DNA of 35,317 bases from a virus (IMGVR_UViG_3300045988_121885:1-35317); one strand, 5' to 3'; positions 16,166 through 23,140 are shown, numbered from the stretch's first letter. Numbers and translations: made by a program. Notes: generated from the sequence alone by a model not told the origin.

Positions 16166-17157
16166 TGTATAACGGCGAACAATTGGCGCAGGCGCTGACC
16201 GTTTTCGGTCTGCCCTGCGTTTTTAAAGAAATGAAACAAACCCCACGAAATACAATATATTATTTTGATTTTACGGACTGGAACAAAGTCACAGCGGGCA
16301 GGCGCAAAACAGCACTTGACCGTCTTTCACTATATGCCGAACATCAATTTAATTATATTGACAGTAATATATCACATTTTGCAATATATCACGCTGAAGA
16401 CAATTATAGTATTGTCCCGCTTTTCGAACTTGCCTTGCCTGCTGATGATACATATAAATTCATCGCGGGCATAAACGAGGACGGCGGACAAGTCAATATT
16501 TCATTAGACGGAATGACGCATGCATTAATTGCAGGTACTACCGGCAGCGGTAAAAGCGTATTTTTGAAAAGCTTTTTATATTCTTTATTGACTACCAATA
16601 GCCCGAATAAAGTAAAATGTGCTATTATAGATAAAAAACGCAGTTTGAATTATTGGAGCAGGGCGGCGCACTGTCTCAAAGTCGTTAATGATGATATTTC
16701 GGCAATAACTTTATTAAATACTTTTCAAAAAGAAATGTATAACCGATATGAAGAATTGCGGCGGCGAGGACTTGAAAAAAATATCGGGTTGTTTCCTAAG
16801 TGGGTATTGATAATTGATGAATTGGCGGATTTAATGCTGACCGAGCGCAAAACAGAAATTGAAAGTAAACTTGTTTCGCTTTGTCAGCTCGGGCGCGCTG
16901 CTGGTATTCATTGCATATTATGCACCCAGTCGCCCCGCGTTGCCGTTGTCAGTGGTTTAATTCAGGCAAATACCCCGACAAAGATTATATTTAAAACAGC
17001 GAACACGCGGGAAAGCGTGTTGTGTTTGGGTCATTCGGGAGCGGAAAAGCTGCTCGGGAATGGTGACTGCCTTATAAAACTTCCCGATAAAGTAAAAGAT
17101 ATTAGAGTACAAACGCCATTTGCAACTGATGAAGATTTCAGAAACTGTATAGAATAG
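16165..17157 (+). CDS. FtsK/SpoIIIE-family ATPase (motor domain only, no TM or gamma domain)
   Basis: Walker A LIAGTTGSGKSVFL, Walker B WVLIIDELADLM, then LGRAAGIHCILCTQSPRVAVVSGLIQANTPTKIIFKTANTRESVLCLG...GNGDCLI. This is the canonical order of FtsK motor motifs. Confidence 0.85.
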   Translation: MYNGEQLAQALTVFGLPCVFKEMKQTPRNTIYYFDFTDWNKVTAGRRKTALDRLSLYAEHQFNYIDSNISHFAIYHAEDNYSIVPLFELALPADDTYKFIAGINEDGGQVNISLDGMTHALIAGTTGSGKSVFLKSFLYSLLTTNSPNKVKCAIIDKKRSLNYWSRAAHCLKVVNDDISAITLLNTFQKEMYNRYEELRRRGLEKNIGLFPKWVLIIDELADLMLTERKTEIESKLVSLCQLGRAAGIHCILCTQSPRVAVVSGLIQANTPTKIIFKTANTRESVLCLGHSGAEKLLGNGDCLIKLPDKVKDIRVQTPFATDEDFRNCIE

Positions 17158-17168
17158 AGGTATAAAAA

Positions 17169-17285
17169 ATGATTTTTAGTGTTTTAGCTTATATTTTGGC
17201 AGTCGGTATTGGTTGTATATTCTTTGAGTGTACGAAAACAGGGCAGAAGCTATCCGATAAAATCTATAAGAAAATAATAAAATAA
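17169..17285 (+). CDS. 38-aa membrane peptide (MIFSVLAYILAVGIGCIFFECTKTGQKLSDKIYKKIIK)
   Basis: RBS AGAGG 8 nt upstream. Hydrophobic N-terminus and basic C-terminus. Followed directly by a terminator. Confidence 0.5.
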   Translation: MIFSVLAYILAVGIGCIFFECTKTGQKLSDKIYKKIIK

Positions 17286-17293
17286 TGCTTTTG

Positions 17294-17323
17294 ACCGTCC
17301 GCGGCTCGTGGGCGGTTCTTTTT
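17294..17323 (+). terminator. Intrinsic terminator closing the plus-strand cassette
   Basis: ACCGTCCGC ggctc GTGGGCGGT (9 bp including wobbles) followed by TCTTTTT. Confidence 0.6.
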
Positions 17324-17334
17324 ATGCCTATTTA
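17323..17334. repeat. Right arm of the 12-bp inverted repeat (TATGCCTATTTA)
   Basis: Reverse complement of 15481-15492. It overlaps the terminator T-tract. Confidence 0.8.
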
Positions 17335-17450
17335 AAACTATGCTTTAAAATGCTTTGTATTGCGCTTTAATATTCACTTTAGTATTTATATTCCCAAATA
17401 ATAAAAAAGCCGTACAGCCCCAAAAGAAACGATATTTTTAATATTTTAAA

Positions 17451-17491
17451 GCAAAAAGAAACTGCCGAAAGTGTTTTTAAACTCTCGACAG
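17451..17491 (-). terminator. Intrinsic terminator after the recombinase operon (weaker on the plus strand)
   Basis: Minus strand: CTGTCGAGAGTttaaaaacACTTTCGGCAGTTTCTTTTTGC. The stem is 11 bp with two G-U pairs. Confidence 0.7.
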
Positions 17492-17497
17492 TCTTTT

Positions 17498-17968
17498 TTA
17501 TTGTTCCGATGTGGCTTGTAGTTCGGCTTGCAGTCTCTCAAATACTGCTTGCCGGCTGATGTGATGTCTTCTTGCTATTTCCGATATATCGCCCCATATC
17601 GCTTTACCCTCTCTACGCATAAGAGCGGCTTTTTTTATTTCCTCGCATAGTTCCGCTTTTGGCGGTCGGGTTTTAATATTACAATAAGCATTTAAAGTAT
17701 ATCTCACATTATACCGAGATATATTTAATTTATGGGCTATCATATCAACATTATGCAGTCCGCTTTCCCACAAGGCTTTTATTTGCTCCTTGTTGGCTGT
17801 GCCGTCGTCGCTTACCGCTCTGCCTCGCCTTATTATTCCGCCGTTCGCCTTTATGGTATTGACAACATAATATCGCGATACTCCTACAATATCGGCGGTT
17901 CTTGTTACGGTATAGCCCTTATAATAACACATCATAATGTCGTCAATTTGATTTTGCGATAATTTCAT
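17498..17968 (-). CDS. DNA-binding protein with three HTH-like units
   Basis: HTH-like segments are GYTVTRTADIVGVSRYYVVNTIK, HNVDMIAHKLNISRYNVRYTL and ISEIARRHHISRQAVFERL. ATGA overlap with the upstream gene. Confidence 0.6.
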   Translation of the reverse strand: MKLSQNQIDDIMMCYYKGYTVTRTADIVGVSRYYVVNTIKANGGIIRRGRAVSDDGTANKEQIKALWESGLHNVDMIAHKLNISRYNVRYTLNAYCNIKTRPPKAELCEEIKKAALMRREGKAIWGDISEIARRHHISRQAVFERLQAELQATSEQ

Positions 17969-18228
17969 TCGTTGCCCTCATTGTTTGCAAAGTGATATCT
18001 TTCGTTTAATTCTACGGCGGTACGAGCGCAGTCGGCATATTTAGTATATATTTTTATTTGGTCGCTTAATGCCATTTTGTCTGCATTTTCTATACATTTT
18101 GTTAAAGTTTTACTTGCTCCGCGTATATAAGTCAGCAAATTTAAATACTCGTCCAACATTGCATTTATAATTATTTGCCGCTCTAAAAGTGTCTCATACA
18201 GTTCCTTGTAGTCAATTTCATTATCCAT
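17965..18228 (-). CDS. Hypothetical 87-aa helical protein
   Basis: The start is moved to MDNEIDYKELY (ATG at 18228-18226), 9 nt after GGGGG. The TTG start in the ORF track lacks an RBS. Confidence 0.55.
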   Translation of the reverse strand: MDNEIDYKELYETLLERQIIINAMLDEYLNLLTYIRGASKTLTKCIENADKMALSDQIKIYTKYADCARTAVELNERYHFANNEGNE

Positions 18229-18301
18229 TGTTTTTGCCCCCTGAATTTGTTTCGCCGTAATCTTCAAGCCAGTAAACGCCTATAACCGTATTCCGCCCAT
18301 A

Positions 18302-18478
18302 TCAGGTTTTAACTACTTCATCGCGACGATTTATTATATAGCCCTTGTTGCGTAAATGGTATATAATTCCGCTTAACCTTGTCGCGCCGTAGAGTTCTAT
18401 TGCCTGCATTGAGGTTAATTCTCTGCCTGATAATAAATGCTCTAATATGGCTTTTGTTTGCGTGTTGTCGCGTACCAT
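18302..18478 (-). CDS. 58-aa winged-helix protein (HTH_39-like)
   Basis: Hand translation: MVRDNTQTKAILEHLLSGRELTSMQAIELYGATRLSGIIYHLRNKGYIINRRDEVVKT. The start overlaps the recombinase stop (TAATG). Below the ORF-track size cut-off. Confidence 0.6.
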   Translation of the reverse strand: MVRDNTQTKAILEHLLSGRELTSMQAIELYGATRLSGIIYHLRNKGYIINRRDEVVKT

Positions 18479-19056
18479 TATTCTGCCCCCTTTAATATTC
18501 TACTTACCGTGGCTATGCTTATATTTAATATATTGGCTATGTCTCTGTAACTCTTATGCTCGGATTTCAAATTAAACACTTGTTGCCGAATTTCGTCTGA
18601 TATTGTTTTCGGTCTGCCGAGTGTAACACCCTGTTCCTTTTTGGCTTGTAAGGCTTGCTTTGTCCTATCGGCTATCAAGTCGCGCTCGAATTGTGCAAAG
18701 CTTCCCATAATGTTAAACACAAGTGCTGACATTGCGTCTGTTCCGCTCTCGCCACCAATGGAAAGATTTTCTTTAATAAATATAACTTTAGCTTTTTTTG
18801 TCTTAACAATAAAGTTTGTCGTATCTATTAAGTCCTGCATTGACCTTGCCATTCGGCTCATACTTTCAAAATAGACTTCATCACCTTGTTGCAGTTTTTC
18901 AAGCATTTTTTCAAATTCTTCACGATTACAAGCCTTTTTTGTACCTGATATTTTTTCCTCAAAAATCATATCCAAATTATAATCTTTAAGTATAAATTCC
19001 TGCCTTGTAAACTCCTGCTTGTCTGCCGTTGATACTCGCATATACCCGTATTTCAT
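18478..19056 (-). CDS. Small serine recombinase (resolvase/invertase family, 192 aa)
   Basis: N-terminal MKYGYMRVSTADKQ holds the catalytic Ser region. Also SRMARS, GSFAQFERDLIADRT and a C-terminal HTH SYRDIANILNISIATVSRILK. The start is set to the ATG at 19056 because the longer listed ORF runs through its own promoter. Confidence 0.85.
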   Translation of the reverse strand: MKYGYMRVSTADKQEFTRQEFILKDYNLDMIFEEKISGTKKACNREEFEKMLEKLQQGDEVYFESMSRMARSMQDLIDTTNFIVKTKKAKVIFIKENLSIGGESGTDAMSALVFNIMGSFAQFERDLIADRTKQALQAKKEQGVTLGRPKTISDEIRQQVFNLKSEHKSYRDIANILNISIATVSRILKGAE

Positions 19057-19087
19057 TTTCATTTCCCTTTCTTGCGATATAAATAAA

Positions 19088-19132
19088 AGCCTATAATATA
19101 TTACTTTTCTAACCGCAATTATATTATAAGCC
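19088..19132. repeat. Imperfect dyad aGCcTATAATATA (19 bp) TATATTATAaGCc over the recombinase promoter and leader
   Basis: Perfect 9-bp arms at 19092-19100 and 19120-19128. The right arm overlaps the -10 box. Confidence 0.7.
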
Positions 19133-19151
19133 TTTATGTAACATTTGTCAA
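19123..19151 (-). promoter_or_regulatory. Consensus promoter TTGACA-17-TATAAT for the recombinase operon
   Basis: Minus strand: ttgcTTGACAaatgttacataaaggctTATAATataatt. Confidence 0.7.
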
Positions 19152-19167
19152 GCAAAATATTTAATCT

Positions 19168-19338
19168 TTAAATGATTATTTCCAATAAAAAATAGGCAAA
19201 GGCAAAATCAACCATTGCTTGTGATAGAAAAAATGCCGTAATATAAGCGGGCGCTTTAGTCTTAAAGCCCATTACAGATAATGCCAAGCCCATAATGCCT
19301 ATTGTTATGCCAAATATAGCTAATATTGTTTTAAGCAT
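19168..19338 (-). CDS. 56-aa two-TM membrane protein
   Basis: Hand translation: MLKTILAIFGITIGIMGLALSVMGFKTKAPAYITAFFLSQAMVDFAFAYFLLEIII. The ATG lies 1 nt after the TerS-like stop. Below the ORF-track cut-off. Confidence 0.5.
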   Translation of the reverse strand: MLKTILAIFGITIGIMGLALSVMGFKTKAPAYITAFFLSQAMVDFAFAYFLLEIII

Positions 19339-19339
19339 T

Positions 19340-19972
19340 TCATTCCCCTTTCTTGTCTAACAGAGCTTTCATATTTGCTAATTCTTTTAGTTCATATCGG
19401 AATTGCCCCTCGTTCAATGCGTCACTTGCCTTATCGAGTATACTTTCCGCGTCGCCTATTTGTACCAATTCGTGACCGTAGCCGCCCTTGCTCTTTAACC
19501 GTAGCTTGCTTGTTGACTCTTTCTGTTGACCTTGTTCGGCTGCTGAAAGAGTAAAGTTTATTAAATCGGCTTCAATATCACCGCATACTTGCTTGACATC
19601 ATCAGCCGCATTGTTGCGTAAATGCTCAAATGCCGATACACTTATCCTTGCAAATGCCAAAAATTCAAGTTTATTCGGCGTATATGATATAGCCATATTT
19701 ATATATGCCATAAGTGATAGATAAGCATTATAGATATTATAAATATCGTCTGCCGACAGTTTAAGGGCAATATCGTTTGTGACCGTGCGTTCCTGCCGAA
19801 GTATTTCGCCAAGTTTTACTCTTACGCGGTATTCAAGGGTATCAGCTAAATACTTTTCGCCTTGCCTTGATTTATTCATAATATCCGAACGGCATATCTC
19901 AATAAATTCTTCAAGCTGTGACTTTATTGTTTCAACTTTAGCTTGATATTTTGTCAATACTTCATTATCCAT
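19340..19972 (-). CDS. Terminase small subunit-like protein (tentative)
   Basis: The central segment TPNKLEFLAFARISVSAFEHLRNN resembles the HTH of Terminase_2-type TerS. The C-terminal KLRLKSKGGYG resembles the TerS tail. Start at the ATG after GGTAGGTGA. It is not adjacent to terL. Confidence 0.45.
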   Translation of the reverse strand: MDNEVLTKYQAKVETIKSQLEEFIEICRSDIMNKSRQGEKYLADTLEYRVRVKLGEILRQERTVTNDIALKLSADDIYNIYNAYLSLMAYINMAISYTPNKLEFLAFARISVSAFEHLRNNAADDVKQVCGDIEADLINFTLSAAEQGQQKESTSKLRLKSKGGYGHELVQIGDAESILDKASDALNEGQFRYELKELANMKALLDKKGE

Positions 19973-19973
19973 A

Positions 19974-20438
19974 TTATTCACCTACCAACTGCACATACTG
20001 ACCGTAGCTTAAATAAGTGCCGTGCAATTTATTATATTCCGCTCGTTCTTTTTCTATCATTTGCAAAGACTTAAAAGCCTTGCCTTTAGCTTTCTTTGCA
20101 CGCGTAGGACGTGCAGATTTATATAATTCCAATTGTGCGAGGTCGCGCCTTTTCCGTGCGTCCTCTTTGCATATCGGGCATTTACGGTTATTGTTGTTAG
20201 TATAAAATTCCCTGCCGCAATCGTTACACGGTTTATGCTTTATATTATCCTCTATTAACTTATTTATAACTGCTATATCACTTACTACTATTACGGCGCT
20301 ATATCCTAAACTGTCGCATATTTCGTTTATTGACATATCCTTTGCATAATAAAGCCGTGTAATGGTTCTTTGCCGGGCGCTTTTTACTAAGTCTAATAGC
20401 CGTGATATTCCGCTATCGTCTATAATTGCCTTTTCCAT
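19974..20438 (-). CDS. Sigma-70 region-4-like HTH plus zinc-ribbon protein (possible late regulator)
   Basis: ARQRTITRLYYAKDMSINEICDSLGYS is r4-like. CNDCG...CPIC forms a Zn ribbon. The C-terminal LSYGQYV motif is one I recall from proteins encoded upstream of terS in Firmicutes phages. Confidence 0.55.
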   Translation of the reverse strand: MEKAIIDDSGISRLLDLVKSARQRTITRLYYAKDMSINEICDSLGYSAVIVVSDIAVINKLIEDNIKHKPCNDCGREFYTNNNNRKCPICKEDARKRRDLAQLELYKSARPTRAKKAKGKAFKSLQMIEKERAEYNKLHGTYLSYGQYVQLVGE

Positions 20439-20743
20439 TATTTCAATAACCCCTCCACATCAATTCCGCTTTCTTTAAGTTTTTGTTCGCATAACCACCA
20501 AGTGCAATCCTCGCCCATTTCGTACTTGTCTTCAAGGTCAATCTGCATTTGTTTTAACTTATCAGCGAATTTTTCTAACCGTTCCTGTCCGAAACCATAA
20601 TCAAAACGGAGAATGTATAATATCTGCGCCGCAACTTGATGATTATAACGGCTCAACAATTCGTTAAATTCTTTTACACATTCAGCCCTTAATGCTTTTC
20701 TCTGTGCGCTTGTGGGCTGTTCTTTATTTAACCTTACTTTCAT
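20438..20743 (-). CDS. Hypothetical protein (101 aa)
   Basis: ORF with RBS AAAGGATAAGAG. No motif recognised. Confidence 0.6.
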   Translation of the reverse strand: MKVRLNKEQPTSAQRKALRAECVKEFNELLSRYNHQVAAQILYILRFDYGFGQERLEKFADKLKQMQIDLEDKYEMGEDCTWWLCEQKLKESGIDVEGLLK

Positions 20744-20821
20744 TTTCTCTTATCCTTTTTACGCTTATTGAATAAGTATTTTTCTCGTTATCTATTTGTG
20801 TATTAAAATATGTCATTCTTC

Positions 20822-21322
20822 TTATTCTTCCTTCAGTAATTCAGGATTGTCGTGGATATTGCCGATTACATAAGCACCGTGCGAATCTACCAAATAATTT
20901 ATAGAGTTTCCACACTCATATAAATCATCTTCATCATAATCTTTGCCTAACGCCCAAAATCCCACATATTCAGATAAAGTGTCCATATCAGGATTACAAT
21001 GTCCAAATAAAACCCTATAATAAATATCCGTGCCAATAGGACATGCAAAGCCACCACCTCGATATGCTTTAAAGTGAAGTATATCTCCCTCAAAAATCTT
21101 TGTGCCATTTTTATCGGTTAAGCCCGTGTATTGTCCGATAGTTTTCGGGTCAACGGCATATCTTCCTAAAAAATTGAAATAACCGCCGTTCTGTATGGCA
21201 TTACAAACAATAAAATCTTCGTGTATGCCGTGTTTATGCCAGTGCATTGTAGCTTTAGCATAAAAACCATATACCCACTGACCGCTATTTATTCGTTTCC
21301 CTCTAAATAATATTTCTCTCAT
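20822..21322 (-). CDS. YopX-family protein
   Basis: N-terminal MREILFRGKRINSGQWVYGFY and C-terminal VIGNIHDNPELL are YopX hallmarks. Confidence 0.8.
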   Translation of the reverse strand: MREILFRGKRINSGQWVYGFYAKATMHWHKHGIHEDFIVCNAIQNGGYFNFLGRYAVDPKTIGQYTGLTDKNGTKIFEGDILHFKAYRGGGFACPIGTDIYYRVLFGHCNPDMDTLSEYVGFWALGKDYDEDDLYECGNSINYLVDSHGAYVIGNIHDNPELLKEE

Positions 21323-21708
21323 TCTTCCTCACCAACCATTTCTTTTAAGAGATTGTCAATAGCGATAACATAATCGTTACACTCGTAACAACATTCTCGG
21401 CAATTATAATCGCAATCATCTTCAAGGCGTATTTCCTCTTTTAGTTTCTTTGCAAAATCTTTGACTGCTTCGTTTGGTTTTTCAAGCAAACATTTAACCC
21501 AATATTCCTCGCCACTTTTACAACGATTGACATAGTTCTTTAGTTCCTCAATTTCCGCCTTTTGACGGTTGATAAAGTCGAGAACCAATTTGGTAAGAAT
21601 AATTTCGTCACACTGACCGAACATTTCACAGCCTACGCAATCCTCTGCGTTTATATGGCACTCTAATGCCTTTATAATTTCCTCGTCAGTAATTTTCTTA
21701 TCGGTCAT
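21319..21708 (-). CDS. Cys-rich hypothetical protein (129 aa)
   Basis: The start is moved to the second ATG (MTDKKITDEEIIKALECH), 7 nt after AAGGAGA. Several CxxC motifs are present. Confidence 0.55.
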   Translation of the reverse strand: MTDKKITDEEIIKALECHINAEDCVGCEMFGQCDEIILTKLVLDFINRQKAEIEELKNYVNRCKSGEEYWVKCLLEKPNEAVKDFAKKLKEEIRLEDDCDYNCRECCYECNDYVIAIDNLLKEMVGEEE

Positions 21709-21799
21709 ATCCATTCTCCTTATATTTGATAAAGCCTTTGCCATAAATTTCATTCAGAACATCAAAACAATGCCCCAAGCCTAAACCTTTGCTATTTGG

Positions 21800-22756
21800 C
21801 TACCAAATGCCGTCATCGTTGTACTCGCCACCACCGATACAATATTCGTACTGCCGAGGATGTGTCTTCTTTAATCGTAACCAACGGCTTTCCTTTTCAA
21901 GGTGACACCCAAATCCGCAAAACATACACCCCGTGCGCTTGCACCCTGTTGTAGTCAGTTTCCCGTTGCAGTCCTCAAACATGGGCTGTTGCTCAAATAT
22001 TTCGTTCCCTGGCTTGATTATTTTGGATTCATCAACAATATCGCCGTAAACGCTTGCTATTGACAGGCTGTCCCGCTTTATGTACTGAAGAACATCCTGC
22101 TCTGTCCAAAAGGACATGGGCTTGCTCATAGGGCGTTTACTGTCGAAAGCATTACAGCCCGTTTTTAGCCAAGCATCAGTTCTGCGGTTACTCTCTTCAG
22201 CCAAGAGAGCTATAATTGGTTTTTTCTCCTTTTCCTTTTGGCGAATGGGCTTTTCCTTCATTTCGAGACAGCACCAATTTGATATGTTAAAATCGACATT
22301 TAGAAGAGGCGCATATTTAACATAACGCTTCCGAAATTGAGAAGGCTCACCATTTGTTTTCAAACCTTTTATTTTCTTGAGCCCAAATTCCGCCCCCTTT
22401 TTGCCATAATAAATCGTTTCCGCCACATCCTTGCTAATTATCGGATACCCGTATTTTTTGATAACCTCGTCAAATCTCATTTTGGGGTGAAGAATTGTAA
22501 CATTCTCAAAGGTTTTTACAAACTTCCGAATTTCGGGATATTCCAATCCCGTGTCAACGAAAACCGCCTCTATATTCGGATACAACTCTCGGACAATATG
22601 GAGCAACACCGTGCTGTCCTTGCCGCCCGAAAAGCTCACATAAACGCCGTCTGTGCCGTACTCCTTTACCCATTCTCGGATACGCGTTTTAGTCATCCCG
22701 ACCTTTACTTCAAGTGGCATAGCTTGAAAATATTTCAAATCTTCTCTTGAAGGCAA
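21800..22756 (-). CDS. PAPS-reductase / PP-loop ATPase family protein with a C-terminal Cys cluster
   Basis: PP-loop VSFSGGKDSTVLLH. C-terminal TGCKRTGCMFCGFGCHLE. TTG start 7 nt after GGGAGGG. Confidence 0.8.
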   Translation of the reverse strand: MPSREDLKYFQAMPLEVKVGMTKTRIREWVKEYGTDGVYVSFSGGKDSTVLLHIVRELYPNIEAVFVDTGLEYPEIRKFVKTFENVTILHPKMRFDEVIKKYGYPIISKDVAETIYYGKKGAEFGLKKIKGLKTNGEPSQFRKRYVKYAPLLNVDFNISNWCCLEMKEKPIRQKEKEKKPIIALLAEESNRRTDAWLKTGCNAFDSKRPMSKPMSFWTEQDVLQYIKRDSLSIASVYGDIVDESKIIKPGNEIFEQQPMFEDCNGKLTTTGCKRTGCMFCGFGCHLEKESRWLRLKKTHPRQYEYCIGGGEYNDDGIW

Positions 22757-22758
22757 TC

Positions 22759-22845
22759 TTAATCCCTCCCGTTAGCGCTCAGTATTGCGCATACGCCGTA
22801 GCCGACTATCGCGCCGATTATTAGTCCGATTATAAAATTAATCAT
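22759..22845 (-). CDS. Possible 28-aa membrane peptide (MINFIIGLIIGAIVGYGVCAILSANGRD)
   Basis: Overlaps the upstream stop. Hydrophobic. Very short, so weakly supported. Confidence 0.3.
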   Translation of the reverse strand: MINFIIGLIIGAIVGYGVCAILSANGRD

Positions 22846-22963
22846 TTTCTTTGTACCTCTCCCAATTTTCAAATTCTACACAGTTTGCGCACGGCATATC
22901 CGAACGGTCATTATCGTAATATGCGCAATCCTCACAACACATTGGCTCATTCAAATTATCCAT
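22838..22963 (-). CDS. 41-aa Cys-rich peptide (MDNLNEPMCCEDCAYYDNDRSDMPCANCVEFENWERYKEND)
   Basis: RBS GGGGAG upstream. It is the first ORF downstream of the promoter at 23093-23121. Confidence 0.45.
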   Translation of the reverse strand: MDNLNEPMCCEDCAYYDNDRSDMPCANCVEFENWERYKEND

Positions 22964-23092
22964 ACTTATCTACTCCCCTTTCTCAATAAGAACGCCCCCA
23001 CAAATGATACGGCACTTGCAGGAGCGTTTATTCTATGCGGCATTACCCGGTTATAGACTATTTAATTGTTCAGAGCCGTATCTCTGTTAATT

Positions 23093-23121
23093 ATAATAGC
23101 ATATAGTAATTTATTTGTCAA
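23093..23121 (-). promoter_or_regulatory. Promoter TTGACA-17-TGcTATTAT (shares a 27-bp UP/-35 module with the early promoter)
   Basis: Minus strand: aaaatatttaaaaatattcTTGACAaataaattactatatgcTATTATaatt. Confidence 0.6.
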
Positions 23122-23140
23122 GAATATTTTTAAATATTTT
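23114..23140. repeat. 27-bp direct repeat tttgtcaagaatatttttaaatatttt (copy 1)
   Basis: Identical to 30394-30420. It contains the -35 box and the upstream AT tract of a minus-strand promoter. Confidence 0.9.

Noticed and set aside
15493-17322. The plus-strand cassette as a phase-variable invertible promoter switch of the Hin/Gin type
   Set aside because: The cassette carries its own promoter and terminator inside the inverted repeats, so inversion would not switch expression. The 12-bp arms do not resemble hix/gix sites. The inverted repeat is reported as an observation only.
18478-19155. Listed 225-aa version of the recombinase, and similar N-terminal extensions for the portal (to 11146), scaffold (to 9479), TerS-like gene (to 19981) and tail-collar gene (to 1192)
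   Set aside because: The extensions start at GTG or TTG codons lying inside RBSs or promoters and add non-homologous residues. Downstream ATG or TTG codons with properly spaced GGAGG-type RBSs give the conserved N-termini, for example MKYGYMRVST.
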